Source: Bdellovibrionales bacterium
Lineage (GTDB): Bacteria; Bdellovibrionota; Bdellovibrionia; Bdellovibrionales; UBA1609
Assembly: GCA_007121385.1 (NCBI GenBank)
Contig: SKLV01000002.1
Span: forward strand, 18,845-82,844
Direction of reading: 5' to 3'
Length of the DNA stretch: 64,000 bases
Part shown: positions 10,083 through 19,944 of the stretch, in pieces
Layout of the letters: each line of letters opens with the position of its first letter
Numbering within the stretch: position 1 is the stretch's first letter
Notes under the pieces: model-generated
Told to the model about the DNA's origin: nothing
The model's database searches: none
Seen by the model: the letters and a program-made list of their open reading frames with translations, nothing else
Made by a program: the position numbers and the translations under genes

Positions 10083-11012
10083 CTAAATTTGAATCATCTC
10101 GAGGGTGGCAGTGACTTTATCTGTCTCCACACTGTCTCTTAAGGGCAAAACTGTGCCACTCATACGGGAATCTAAAAGCACCTTGAGGTTGATTTCGCCA
10201 ATAATCATGCTCTCCTGATTAGGCACCCCTTCTGCCAGGATACCATCCCTAGAAAAGGAAAAATCACTGGGGGTTAAAATAGAAGCTTGGCCATAATTCA
10301 AAGAAACTGCGGGAACATTGGGAAGGGAGCCCACGGTGGAGGACTGAATAACATACATTTGATTCTCAATGGCCCGGGCTTGGGCACAGTAGCGAACGCG
10401 TAAGAAGCCCTGCCTCTCGTCAGTGCAACTGGGAACTACTAGAAGAGCAGCTCCCTGGCGAGCCGCAGCTCTCGCCACTTCTGGAAATTCAACATCATAG
10501 CAGATAGCGACGGCCATTTTTCCAAACTCCGTATCGAAGACTTTCAAGCGACTCCGCGGAGAGACAATCCAGTCCTCTTTTTCAAAGCGAGTCATATGAG
10601 TCTTACCTTGGACTCCATAATCTCCCTTGGGGCCAAAGACATAACAGTCGTTGTAAACACAGTCTGTCTCCTCGTCAGCCAATGTGGGTATGGTTCCACC
10701 GACAATATACAATCGGTGACGCTTGGCCAACTGACTCATCATCTCGACAAACTGATCCTTCTGTTTAGCCAAATCGCGAATTTGATCCCGAATTGGCCTC
10801 TTAAGGTTCCCTAAGGTCAAAAGTTGAACCGTAAAGTACTCAGGGAATACGAGAAGATGACATTTGTAATCCGCTGCGGTCTCCACCAAGCCAACCACCT
10901 GATCGGCAAATTGGCTAAAGCTCTGCACTGGGCGAATATAATACTGCAAACTGGCGACGCGAATTCGATCTAACACACCCCTGATCTTAACCTTCCCTGA
11001 ATCAGAGGACAA
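10083..11012 (-). CDS. carbon-nitrogen hydrolase (nitrilase superfamily) amidohydrolase
   Basis: The Glu-Lys-Cys triad context is visible: VFPEYF, MTRFEKE and AICYDVEFPE. Confidence 0.85.
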   Translation of the reverse strand: MSSDSGKVKIRGVLDRIRVASLQYYIRPVQSFSQFADQVVGLVETAADYKCHLLVFPEYFTVQLLTLGNLKRPIRDQIRDLAKQKDQFVEMMSQLAKRHRLYIVGGTIPTLADEETDCVYNDCYVFGPKGDYGVQGKTHMTRFEKEDWIVSPRSRLKVFDTEFGKMAVAICYDVEFPEVARAAARQGAALLVVPSCTDERQGFLRVRYCAQARAIENQMYVIQSSTVGSLPNVPAVSLNYGQASILTPSDFSFSRDGILAEGVPNQESMIIGEINLKVLLDSRMSGTVLPLRDSVETDKVTATLEMIQI

Positions 11013-11042
11013 GACTCAGGGCCGCATAAACTTCACCACAAT

Positions 11043-13733
11043 CTAGCCCGTATTGCGCATTCCTGCCGAAATTCCACTGATGGTCAAGGCCATGGTCTTC
11101 TCCAGTTGCGCATCCACAGAAGCCCCTTGGGTTTTATGTTGACGGTGGGTCAGCAAGAGTTGAGCCTGCAGGACGTTGAGAACATCCACATAAGGAGTCC
11201 GCACATCAATGGATCGACGCAAAACCGGATGGCCTTCTAAAAGCTGCCTATGACCCGTCACAGCCAATACCGCCTTCACGGCTCTTTGATAGCTCTGCAA
11301 GTCCTCTTGAGTTCGTCTCTGAAGGGCGTCTTCTACCAAAACTTTGGAATAATAGCGAACAATGGCTGGGTCCGCCTTAGCCAAGACCATCTCAATTAAG
11401 TCCATGGTGGCGCGAAAAAAAGGCCACTGGGAATACATTTTTTGCAGCTCCGTGAGGCGCCCCTCTGTGATCTGTCTCTCCAAGGCCTCACCCACCCCCA
11501 GCCAAGAAGGCAAAAGGCTTCGATTCTGCGTCCAAGAAAAGATCCAGGGGATGGCTCTCAGAGACTCCAAAGTAAACTGCTTTTTGCGCTTCTTGGGACG
11601 ACTGCCAATTTTAAGAAAACTCAGCTCCTCCAAGGGAGTGATCTGCAAATAGTGGGGCAAAAAATGAGGATCCTGCTCAATCCGAGAGCGAAAGGCTTGA
11701 GCCGAATCCTCAGCCAACTCCTGCATCACCCGGCTCCACAGGGAGCTGATCTTTTTCCCCTTGGCCAAATGGGACTCCATCACCCCAGAGACATAGAGTT
11801 CCAGAGTTCGTCCGGCAATTTCGGGCAACCCAAACTTGGCCTCAATGGACTCCCCCTGCTCGGTGATGCGCAAACGAGGTGAACTCAGTCCCTGGGGTTG
11901 GGACTGCAGGGCTAGGTGAATGGGGCCTCCTCCTCGGCCGATGCTTCCCCCCCGGCCATGAAAGAACTCCATCTGGACAGAGTAATCCCGCCCCAGCTGC
12001 TCCAACTCCTCTTGAGCCCGATACAGAGTCCAAGAGGCACTCAGTCGCCCGGAGCGCTTCGCCGAATCCGAGTAGCCAATCATCACTTGCTGATGGTGAT
12101 GTATGTGCTGTCGATACTCAGAGTGGGAAAAAAGCTCCTTCATTAATTTTGGAGCTCGATCTAAACTTTCGGGAGTCTCCAACAGGGGGACCAACTGAGG
12201 AGGGCTTTTCACCCCAGCCCAAGACATTAAAAACCAGACTTCCAAGACATGAGAGGCCTGCTCGGCCATAGCAATAATGTAGGAGCGAAAGCTCCCCCGG
12301 GGAAACTCCTCCAAGAGACGACAGGTTTGCAAAACCTCTTGAGTCATTTCCTGCAGATCGGCTCCCTGCAGGTGAAGACCCTCGCCCACAGGCCTTCGAG
12401 ACCTAGTCATTTTTTTAATCTGTCCCAATAAAAACTTCTGCCTCTCTTTTTCCGAAAGAACAAGATAGTCTATTCCCAAGAGCTTGCGACAGAGGTCGGC
12501 CACGGCTTCGCTGTGCACGTCAGCACTTTGACGGATATCTAGAGGCAGTAAGACCAGTCCAAATCCACGAAGTCGTCGGATCAAATCAATCAGCCGTCCA
12601 TTGGCGAGTTCCAAAGCACCCACCTCACAGAGGGATTCCTGACAGAGCTTCAAGGGCTCTAAGAGATCATTGACCTGTCTCAGAGCTCGCTGAGGGGCGT
12701 CAGTAAAAGCCCTAGGATTGGTGTAGAGAAAACTCCTTGTCTCTTTAAGCCTCTCAATCAAATCTAAAAAGATTTGGCGATAGGGCTCAGTGGGGCTCTT
12801 CACCTTAGCCAAAAGCCGAGGGCTGGCTTGAGAAAAAGAAAAATCCTCCACCAGTTTGTTGAGCTCAGCCTGGTAGAGATTAAGGGCCTGTTTGAGGGAC
12901 TGAAATAAAATTTGTCGCGTCACTTCAGCTGTGACAAAGGGATTGCCGTCACGATCTCCACCGATCCATGAAGAAAAGATCAGAGGACTCGAATCAATGG
13001 GGAGACCCTCGCCCAAAAAGCGTTGGCTAAAATAGTCCAGCTTGCGATAGAGCTCGGGTAAGGCCTCCCATAGAGTCTCTTCCACCACAGATGTTCCAAA
13101 TCGGGCCTCGGCCAAGGGAGTGGGTTTGGACTCTGGCACCACATCTGTCAACCACAGGGCCTGAATGTGCTGCTCCATCTCTTGGTGGACTTGGATCCTT
13201 TTCCATCGCGACAGCTTGGGGTCCTCCAAGTCCCCCAAAGCTTGAGCAATCCTCTTATAGCGCCGAATCGCACTTCGCTTTTGCGTCTCCGTCGGGTGGG
13301 CTGTTAAAACCAAGTCGATTTGCAAATGGGACAAGATGCCCTTGAGCTCCCGCTTTTGGGCAGGTTTGAGCCCTTGTAAAGTGGCCTCAATGGAGCCCGG
13401 TTGGGGGCGAGGAGAGACACTCTCATAGTGCAACCTACGCCTCACTCGATGCTGCTGTTCAGCGATGTTGGCCAAGCGCAAAAACTCTGTAAAGGCCTTG
13501 GCCACCTGATGTCGAGTGGTTGGGTCCATTTTTTGAAAATGCCTCTCCAGTCGGGCCACAAGAGCCCCCTCCGAGCCGGCCCCTCGCCGCACCTCCTTGG
13601 CGAGGTGGCGCAACTTTTCCACCTCCTGAAGTAGGTTTTGGGCTCCAAATCGCTGCAACATCTGGCCCAAAATTTGACCTAAGAAGCGGATATCCCTTTT
13701 AAGTGGCTTCAGCCGATCCTGCTTGGTGTTCAC
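11043..13733 (-). CDS. ppc: phosphoenolpyruvate carboxylase
   Basis: 896 aa with VLTAHPTE, GYSDSAKRSG, FHGRGGSIGRGGGP and the family-typical C-terminal MRNTG. Confidence 0.95.
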   Translation of the reverse strand: MNTKQDRLKPLKRDIRFLGQILGQMLQRFGAQNLLQEVEKLRHLAKEVRRGAGSEGALVARLERHFQKMDPTTRHQVAKAFTEFLRLANIAEQQHRVRRRLHYESVSPRPQPGSIEATLQGLKPAQKRELKGILSHLQIDLVLTAHPTETQKRSAIRRYKRIAQALGDLEDPKLSRWKRIQVHQEMEQHIQALWLTDVVPESKPTPLAEARFGTSVVEETLWEALPELYRKLDYFSQRFLGEGLPIDSSPLIFSSWIGGDRDGNPFVTAEVTRQILFQSLKQALNLYQAELNKLVEDFSFSQASPRLLAKVKSPTEPYRQIFLDLIERLKETRSFLYTNPRAFTDAPQRALRQVNDLLEPLKLCQESLCEVGALELANGRLIDLIRRLRGFGLVLLPLDIRQSADVHSEAVADLCRKLLGIDYLVLSEKERQKFLLGQIKKMTRSRRPVGEGLHLQGADLQEMTQEVLQTCRLLEEFPRGSFRSYIIAMAEQASHVLEVWFLMSWAGVKSPPQLVPLLETPESLDRAPKLMKELFSHSEYRQHIHHHQQVMIGYSDSAKRSGRLSASWTLYRAQEELEQLGRDYSVQMEFFHGRGGSIGRGGGPIHLALQSQPQGLSSPRLRITEQGESIEAKFGLPEIAGRTLELYVSGVMESHLAKGKKISSLWSRVMQELAEDSAQAFRSRIEQDPHFLPHYLQITPLEELSFLKIGSRPKKRKKQFTLESLRAIPWIFSWTQNRSLLPSWLGVGEALERQITEGRLTELQKMYSQWPFFRATMDLIEMVLAKADPAIVRYYSKVLVEDALQRRTQEDLQSYQRAVKAVLAVTGHRQLLEGHPVLRRSIDVRTPYVDVLNVLQAQLLLTHRQHKTQGASVDAQLEKTMALTISGISAGMRNTG

Positions 13734-13888
13734 TGGTGACTCAAACTCTACTCCCCTTGCCTTGGGAATTCACTCCCTGACCTCCTGTGTCTGAAAGGCC
13801 TATAGACTTTGCAGTACGGCGCATTATCCCTTAGGACAGCTCCGCCAAGAAGCTTTTTTTCCCCTAAGGCCCATGCTATTTAGCCCAT

Positions 13889-15940
13889 ATGACGAAAAAT
13901 CCATTGATTGAAATCCCTCAGCACAAATATCAAGCTCTTCCCTTTGACCAGATTCAAGTGGAACACTTTATACCGGCCCTCGAAGTGGCTCTGGAAAAGA
14001 GTTACAAGAATTTGGAGAAAATTAAAAAGGATTCTTCTCCCCCCAATTTTGCCAACTGCATTGAGGCTTTGGAGTTCTCTGGTGAGCCCCTCAGTGAAGT
14101 GACTGCCGCTTTTTACGCCTTTCTTTCAGCCAACACTTCAGAGGCCCTCTCGGCGCTAGCTGGGGACTTCAGTGCTCGCCTTTCCAAGTTCTCAAATGAC
14201 ATTCATCTGGATGAAGAGCTCTTTGCCAAGGTGAAGGCCGTTTACGAGCAGAGGGCACAGTTGGGCTTAACTCAAGAGCACTCCAAGCTCTTAGAGGATC
14301 AATATCAGGATTTTTTGCGCAACGGGGCTCTCCTCAAAGAAGAGGAGAAAGTCAAACTGAGAGCCATTGACCAGAAGTTGGCCACTCTCAGCCCCCAGTT
14401 TCAAGACAATGTCCTCAAAGAGAGCAATGCTTTTGAGTGGCTTATCGAGAGTGAAGCTGACCTGATCGGACTGCCGGAGTCCGTGCGAGAAGCGGCGGCT
14501 CATGAGGCTGAAAATCGACAGAAAAAGGGCTGGCTGTTCACACTCGACGGCCCTTCCTATGTGGCCTATATGACCTATTCGGCCAACCGCGAGGGTCGAG
14601 AAAAAATGTGGCGGGCCTACAGCGGCCGAGGTTTTCAGCCCGGCAGCTCCACCAACAACGAACAGGTTGTTCTAGACACGGTTCGCCTCCGACACCGAAG
14701 GGCTCAGCTGCTGGGCTACTCCACTTATGCGGATTTTGTCCTAGAAAAGAGAATGGCTGAAAGCCCTCAACAGGTGATGGATTTCCTCAATCAACTCCTG
14801 GCCAAGGCCAAGCCGACAGCCCAAAGAGAGCTGGAAGAGGTGAAAGCTCTGGCCCTTGAAATGGATGGGCTGGCTCAGGAAAGCTTTAGACCCTGGGATA
14901 TGACTTACTATGCAGAGAAGCTCCGGCAAAAAAAATACTCTTTTGATGAGGAGCAGTTGCGGCCCTACTTTTCCCTGCCTCGAGTGATTGAGGGGGCCTT
15001 TGAACTGGCGCGAAGACTTTTTCATATCGAGTTTGTTGAAGCCTCTACAAAGGATTATCCCGTCTTTCACCCGGACATGAAAATCTATGAAGTCATAGAC
15101 TCAAAAAGCCGGGATTTCGTAGGGTTATTTTATGCAGATTTTTTTCCCCGATCGAGCAAGCGAGGCGGAGCCTGGGCCAACACCTTCCGCGATCAAGGTC
15201 TTTTTCGCGGCCAGTTGATTCGCCCTCACACCTCCATTGTCTGTAATTTCACCAAACCAACTCCCACTAAACCCTCCTTGCTCACCTTTAGAGAGGTGGA
15301 GACCCTCTTTCATGAGTTTGGCCATGCCCTGCATATGCTCCTCTCCCAGTGTCGCTACCAGAGCCTAGCAGGGGCTAATGTCTACTGGGATTTTGTGGAA
15401 CTTCCCTCGCAACTGATGGAGAACTGGGTCAGTGAGAAAGAGGGCCTGGCCCTCTTTGCTCAACACTACCAAACAGAGGACAGCATCCCTGAAGATCTTG
15501 TTGTCAAAATTAAAGAGTCCAAACGCTTTTTAGCTGGCTACTACACCATGCGGCAGCTGCAGTTCGCTTTTTTAGATATGGCATGGCACAGCACGGAACC
15601 CAGAGAAATCACTTCAGTGCCGGATTTCGAACAGCAGGCCACCTCAGCCTGTCAGCTCTTTGCTCCTGAACCCGGCACGAATATTTCAACAGCTTTTTCC
15701 CACCTTTTTGCCGGCGGCTATGGGGCTGGCTACTATAGCTATAAATGGGCCGAGGTCTTGGATGCGGACGCCTTTGAGTTGTTTTTGGAAAAGGGGCTCT
15801 TCAGCCCAGAGATCGGCGAAAGCCTCAAAGAGAATATCCTTGGCCGAGGGGGCAGTGAACATCCCCTGGAGCTGTACAAAAGATTTCGAGGACGGGAGCC
15901 CGACCCCGAAGCCCTTTTGCGGCGAGATGGACTTTTATGA
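13889..15940 (+). CDS. M3 family zinc metallopeptidase (peptidyl-dipeptidase Dcp / oligopeptidase A type)
   Basis: 683 aa with the HEFGHALH zinc motif and a downstream E in ELPSQLMEN. Confidence 0.85.
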   Translation: MTKNPLIEIPQHKYQALPFDQIQVEHFIPALEVALEKSYKNLEKIKKDSSPPNFANCIEALEFSGEPLSEVTAAFYAFLSANTSEALSALAGDFSARLSKFSNDIHLDEELFAKVKAVYEQRAQLGLTQEHSKLLEDQYQDFLRNGALLKEEEKVKLRAIDQKLATLSPQFQDNVLKESNAFEWLIESEADLIGLPESVREAAAHEAENRQKKGWLFTLDGPSYVAYMTYSANREGREKMWRAYSGRGFQPGSSTNNEQVVLDTVRLRHRRAQLLGYSTYADFVLEKRMAESPQQVMDFLNQLLAKAKPTAQRELEEVKALALEMDGLAQESFRPWDMTYYAEKLRQKKYSFDEEQLRPYFSLPRVIEGAFELARRLFHIEFVEASTKDYPVFHPDMKIYEVIDSKSRDFVGLFYADFFPRSSKRGGAWANTFRDQGLFRGQLIRPHTSIVCNFTKPTPTKPSLLTFREVETLFHEFGHALHMLLSQCRYQSLAGANVYWDFVELPSQLMENWVSEKEGLALFAQHYQTEDSIPEDLVVKIKESKRFLAGYYTMRQLQFAFLDMAWHSTEPREITSVPDFEQQATSACQLFAPEPGTNISTAFSHLFAGGYGAGYYSYKWAEVLDADAFELFLEKGLFSPEIGESLKENILGRGGSEHPLELYKRFRGREPDPEALLRRDGLL

Positions 15941-16752
15941 AGCATGTGTTGATCGTACACCGACCTGACACTCCTGCGGCTGAAAAATTAGCCGAAGAGG
16001 TCAAGCAGTGGCTCCAGGGCCGCAAGATCTCAGTGGCCATGAGGGATCAGACCTCCCCTCAGGACCCTGAGCTCGTGGTGGTCTTGGGGGGAGATGGAAC
16101 TTACTTAGAGGCCGTACGCCTACTCAAAGGCAAGAAGGTCCCCATCTTGGGAGTGAACTTGGGCTCCCTGGGTTTCTTGACCGAAACTCGCCAGGAAGAG
16201 CTCTACACCAATTTGGAATTGACCCTTGAGGGAAAAATGCAGATGCGGCCTCGGTCTATGCTGCAAGTTTCGGTTCTTCGTGGCGGAAAGGCCCGCATTG
16301 ACCAAAGGGCCTTAAACGATGTGGTTCTTGAGCGAGGCCCTTACTCTCATCTGATTAACTTGTCCATTCACTGGGATGGTCATCATGTCTCTCCCTTGAA
16401 AGCCGATGGTCTGATTGTGGCCACTCCCACCGGTTCGACGGCCTACAATCTGGCGGCGGGAGGTCCTCTGGTCCACCCAGAGGCCCCGTGCATAGTGCTC
16501 ACTCCCATTTGTCCCCACAGTCTGACCAGTCGACCCATGATTTTTCCTGACCAAAAAGAACTTCGCCTTCAGCTCAAAGACCCTCTCCAAGGGGCCTTCT
16601 TGACCTTGGATGGAAAGACTGTGGGAGAACTGTCCGCAGAGGATGAGGTGGTGGTGGAAAAGGCCCCCTGCCTCCACTATGTTTTGCGCAAACCCGACCA
16701 CAATTATTTTAGCTTGCTGAGGGATAAACTTAAGTTTGGAGAGCGCTCCTAA
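15937..16752 (+). CDS. nadK: NAD+ kinase
   Basis: Motifs VLGGDGTYL, NLGSLGFL and PTGSTAYNLAAGGP are present. The ATGA start overlaps the preceding stop. Confidence 0.9.
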   Translation: MKHVLIVHRPDTPAAEKLAEEVKQWLQGRKISVAMRDQTSPQDPELVVVLGGDGTYLEAVRLLKGKKVPILGVNLGSLGFLTETRQEELYTNLELTLEGKMQMRPRSMLQVSVLRGGKARIDQRALNDVVLERGPYSHLINLSIHWDGHHVSPLKADGLIVATPTGSTAYNLAAGGPLVHPEAPCIVLTPICPHSLTSRPMIFPDQKELRLQLKDPLQGAFLTLDGKTVGELSAEDEVVVEKAPCLHYVLRKPDHNYFSLLRDKLKFGERS

Positions 16753-16753
16753 T

Positions 16754-18439
16754 ATGTTGATCGAATTAAAGGTCAGCCATTTTGCTATTATTGACAGTAT
16801 TCAAATCGCCTTTCAGCCAGGCCTCAATATCCTCAGTGGCGAGACCGGAGCTGGAAAGTCGGTGTTGCTCAAATCTCTGGCCCTCTTGATGGGAGAAAAG
16901 GCCCTGGCTGACACTGTCCGCAGCGGCCGCGAGATGGCCACTGTGGAGGGCCTTTTTGATCTGTCTGACCGCTCGGACATTATTCAGAGTCTCATTGATT
17001 TAGGGATTGATGTTCAGGACGATCAGCTAATTGTCCGTCGCCAAATCTCAGCCCAGGGCAAGAGTAAGGTGTACCTTAATGGGAGTCTTGCCCCTCTCAC
17101 CCATCTCCGTGAGGTGGTCTCGCCCCTGATTGCGGTCACAGGCCAATCGGCCCCCCTCATTGAAATGACCGGGCAACACGACAATCGACATTTACAGAGT
17201 ACAGCTTACCATTTGGACCTCCTTGATCACTACTGTGGGGCTTGGAATCTCCGTCAAAGCTACGGGGAGAAATTTGATCGGCTGAAAGCCATTCATCAGG
17301 AAATTTCAGAAATTGAGGAGTCTCAACGCCAGAGAGAACAGCGTCTGGATTTTCTCAACTTTCAGTGTGAAGAGATTCGTCAACTGCAGCTGGAACCGGG
17401 AGAGGAGGAAGATCTCCTCCACCGCCTTCAACGCAATAAAAATTCCACTCGGCTTATAGACTTCTGCAGTCAGAGTGAAGGAGCTCTTTATGCCGATGAC
17501 GACTCGGCTTTAGTTCGCATCCATCAAGTTCTCCAACGCTTGCAGGACTTAAAAAGCTATGACCCCCTGCTTGCAGAAAAGCTCTCTCCCTTGGCACAGG
17601 CCAAGACCCTTATCGAAGAGAGCGTTTATGATCTCCGCGACTATGCTAAAAGTTTGGATTCAGATCCCAGTGAGCTGAATCGGCTTGAAGAAAGAGTCAG
17701 TCTATTCCGTAAGCTGCAAAAAAAGTATGGCCCTGAGGTTGAGGATATTCTCAATGCTCTTAAAGAAATGGAGCAAGAAGTTCGAAGCCTGGAAAATTCA
17801 GACCAGAATCTTCAAGAGTTAAGGGCAGAGCAAAAGAAATTAGAACAGTCCCTGAGGCAAGCAGCAGAAGACCTTCACAATCGAAGGGCCAATGGAGCCA
17901 AGCTCCTGGCCAAGGGGGTGAATGAGGAGCTTCTTGACTTAAATATGAAGGGGGTTATTTTTCACATTCAGGTGGAGCCTCGGCAGGAGCTCTCGCCCAC
18001 TGGAATGTCCCAAGTGGAGTTTATGATTCAAGCCTCAAAAAAGGACAGTTTGAGACCTCTGGCCAAGTTTGCCAGCGGAGGTGAACTCAGCCGGATTCTA
18101 CTTTCTCTAAAACGCATTGTGGGCAGCTCTGGGCAGCCGCGCACCTACCTTTTTGATGAAGTGGATGCGGGAGTCAGCGGTGAAACCGCCGAAAAAGTGG
18201 GGCGAAAGCTCAAGTCCATTGCCCAGGGTCAGCAAGTGATCTGTGTGACCCATCTGCCCCAAGTGGCCAGTTGTGGAGACAGTCATTTTCTTATTGAGAA
18301 GTCCCCCTCTCGACAGGGAGTCCATATGAGTGTTCGAGAGTTGAACAAAGAAGATAGAGTGAAGGAGATTGCACGCCTGATCTCAGGAGAAAAAATCACA
18401 AAAACTAGTTTAGATCACGCACGCCAACTTATGGGCTAG
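16754..18439 (+). CDS. recN: DNA repair protein RecN
   Basis: It has a Walker A (GETGAGKS), a long coiled-coil middle and the C-terminal signature and Walker B region (ASGGELSRI, LFDEVDAGV). The conserved nadK-recN adjacency is present. The start is placed at the ATG at 16754, just after the nadK stop. Confidence 0.9.
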   Translation: MLIELKVSHFAIIDSIQIAFQPGLNILSGETGAGKSVLLKSLALLMGEKALADTVRSGREMATVEGLFDLSDRSDIIQSLIDLGIDVQDDQLIVRRQISAQGKSKVYLNGSLAPLTHLREVVSPLIAVTGQSAPLIEMTGQHDNRHLQSTAYHLDLLDHYCGAWNLRQSYGEKFDRLKAIHQEISEIEESQRQREQRLDFLNFQCEEIRQLQLEPGEEEDLLHRLQRNKNSTRLIDFCSQSEGALYADDDSALVRIHQVLQRLQDLKSYDPLLAEKLSPLAQAKTLIEESVYDLRDYAKSLDSDPSELNRLEERVSLFRKLQKKYGPEVEDILNALKEMEQEVRSLENSDQNLQELRAEQKKLEQSLRQAAEDLHNRRANGAKLLAKGVNEELLDLNMKGVIFHIQVEPRQELSPTGMSQVEFMIQASKKDSLRPLAKFASGGELSRILLSLKRIVGSSGQPRTYLFDEVDAGVSGETAEKVGRKLKSIAQGQQVICVTHLPQVASCGDSHFLIEKSPSRQGVHMSVRELNKEDRVKEIARLISGEKITKTSLDHARQLMG

Positions 18440-18485
18440 AAAACCTTCAGTGAAGAGCCCGCACGGACGAGGGACTTCTGTAAAA

Positions 18486-19142
18486 TCAAGTGGGCAAATT
18501 TTCCAAGAGGGGACCCAAGCTGATCACCAACTCTTTATATGTTGGATCTGAGTCACTGAGTTCACCACCCTGCTGCTGGTGAGCCCACAGGTAGCCTTGA
18601 GCGGCCCAAGGCTCATAAGGAGGGGTCACCAGGCCGAGGTCCAAAAGATCTAAGAAAAGCTTCCAATTCCACCACCGGCTCAGAGGTCTTTCCTGGTTGT
18701 TCCAATGACAGAGAGCCATGGCCGCCTCCAAGGAAAGATAGGGCTTAGAATCCGGAGCCTCCTCTTCCAACATATTATTCGCCTCACCGGCCTCCATAAG
18801 TCCGCAAAGGCGATCCGCCCTTTTTTCTGTCCAAGCCCCAACCCGCACCAGAGCAACACTGGCCAAGTCTCTATTGAGCAGAAGAGGAGAATCCTTTTCA
18901 ATAATCTCAAGGGCCTTCACCGGATCTTGCTTCATCATTGGAGTCAACTGCCCCTGGTCGATAAGTTCTTGGACAATTTCATCGGGAAGTGGAAAATAGG
19001 AGTCCATTTGCCGATCCAAAAGGGGAACAAAGACCTTTTTCCCAATTAAAAGAGATGAGCAAAAGTTGAGCTCATGAAAAAGGGCCTGAACAGCTTGCAA
19101 CATCTGACTGGACATAAGTCTTATTTTCTCACACAGGCTCAA
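18486..19142 (-). CDS. hypothetical protein
   Basis: 218-aa ORF co-oriented with and 48 nt downstream of lpxH. I recognise no motif. Confidence 0.4.
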   Translation of the reverse strand: MSLCEKIRLMSSQMLQAVQALFHELNFCSSLLIGKKVFVPLLDRQMDSYFPLPDEIVQELIDQGQLTPMMKQDPVKALEIIEKDSPLLLNRDLASVALVRVGAWTEKRADRLCGLMEAGEANNMLEEEAPDSKPYLSLEAAMALCHWNNQERPLSRWWNWKLFLDLLDLGLVTPPYEPWAAQGYLWAHQQQGGELSDSDPTYKELVISLGPLLENLPT

Positions 19143-19190
19143 AGAATTTCAAGCCAGCACTGCTGGTCGTCAAACCCCGCTCAGATGATC

Positions 19191-19928
19191 TCAGACCCAT
19201 TCCACAAAGTACTGACCTTCCTCATCCACCACAAAATAGGTGGGGTCCTTTAACCAAGTTCCCAGATTGACCACCCGAACCTCATGGTCTTTCACTTTAA
19301 GCTTTACATCTTCACGCACATGAATGTGTCCACAAATGAGCAGATCAAAGGGCTCTTCTGACCAAACCTTGAGAGCATGACGATGCAGCTTTGACAAAAT
19401 CTCCTCCTGATCTGCCGGATGAGTGTAAGTGGTATAGCGACGACTCTCAGCGGAAGACTTTTTGCCTAACCCCACCACTAGGGATGTTGGGAGGTGGTGA
19501 GCTAACCATTTCATAGGTTGAGTCCGTAAAAAAAATCGTAAAAACCGATAGCCCCTGTCTTCCGGGTCCATCTCATCTCCATGCTCCACCCTCACTCGTA
19601 AGTCCCCAAGGAATAAAGTTTCAGGACCTGAATGAACCGCCACTCCCAGTTCATTTTGCCAAAACCTCTCTAGGTGCAGATCATGATTGCCCTCAAAGTA
19701 GTGAATTCGAACTCCTTTTTCCAGGAGCTCCTTTAAGGACCTGATAATCCCATGGTATTTTTGAACAAAAAATTGATGGTCAGCCACCCACAAATCAAAG
19801 ATATCCCCTAGCAAAAACAAATGGGTGGGGGGCTGCTCCTGCAGAGCCCTTAAGAAAGCCTCGAAAAGTTGAGCCCGAGAGTCATCAGGCTCCTGAATAT
19901 GTATATCAGAGACGAAATAAGCCTTCAC
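19191..19928 (-). CDS. lpxH: UDP-2,3-diacylglucosamine diphosphatase
   Basis: Calcineurin-like metallophosphoesterase motifs are present: SDIHI, LLGDIFDLW, GNHD and GHIH. The length of 245 aa is typical of LpxH. Confidence 0.85.
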   Translation of the reverse strand: MKAYFVSDIHIQEPDDSRAQLFEAFLRALQEQPPTHLFLLGDIFDLWVADHQFFVQKYHGIIRSLKELLEKGVRIHYFEGNHDLHLERFWQNELGVAVHSGPETLFLGDLRVRVEHGDEMDPEDRGYRFLRFFLRTQPMKWLAHHLPTSLVVGLGKKSSAESRRYTTYTHPADQEEILSKLHRHALKVWSEEPFDLLICGHIHVREDVKLKVKDHEVRVVNLGTWLKDPTYFVVDEEGQYFVEWV

Positions 19929-19944
19929 GCTCCGTCAGTATAAA

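Noticed and set aside
11362-13702. Multiple 60-146-aa plus-strand ORFs lie inside and antisense to ppc.
   Set aside because: They lie opposite a very confidently identified 896-aa gene. They have Pro/Gly/Ser/Arg-rich, composition-driven translations with no SD or motif support. This is typical mirror-frame noise.
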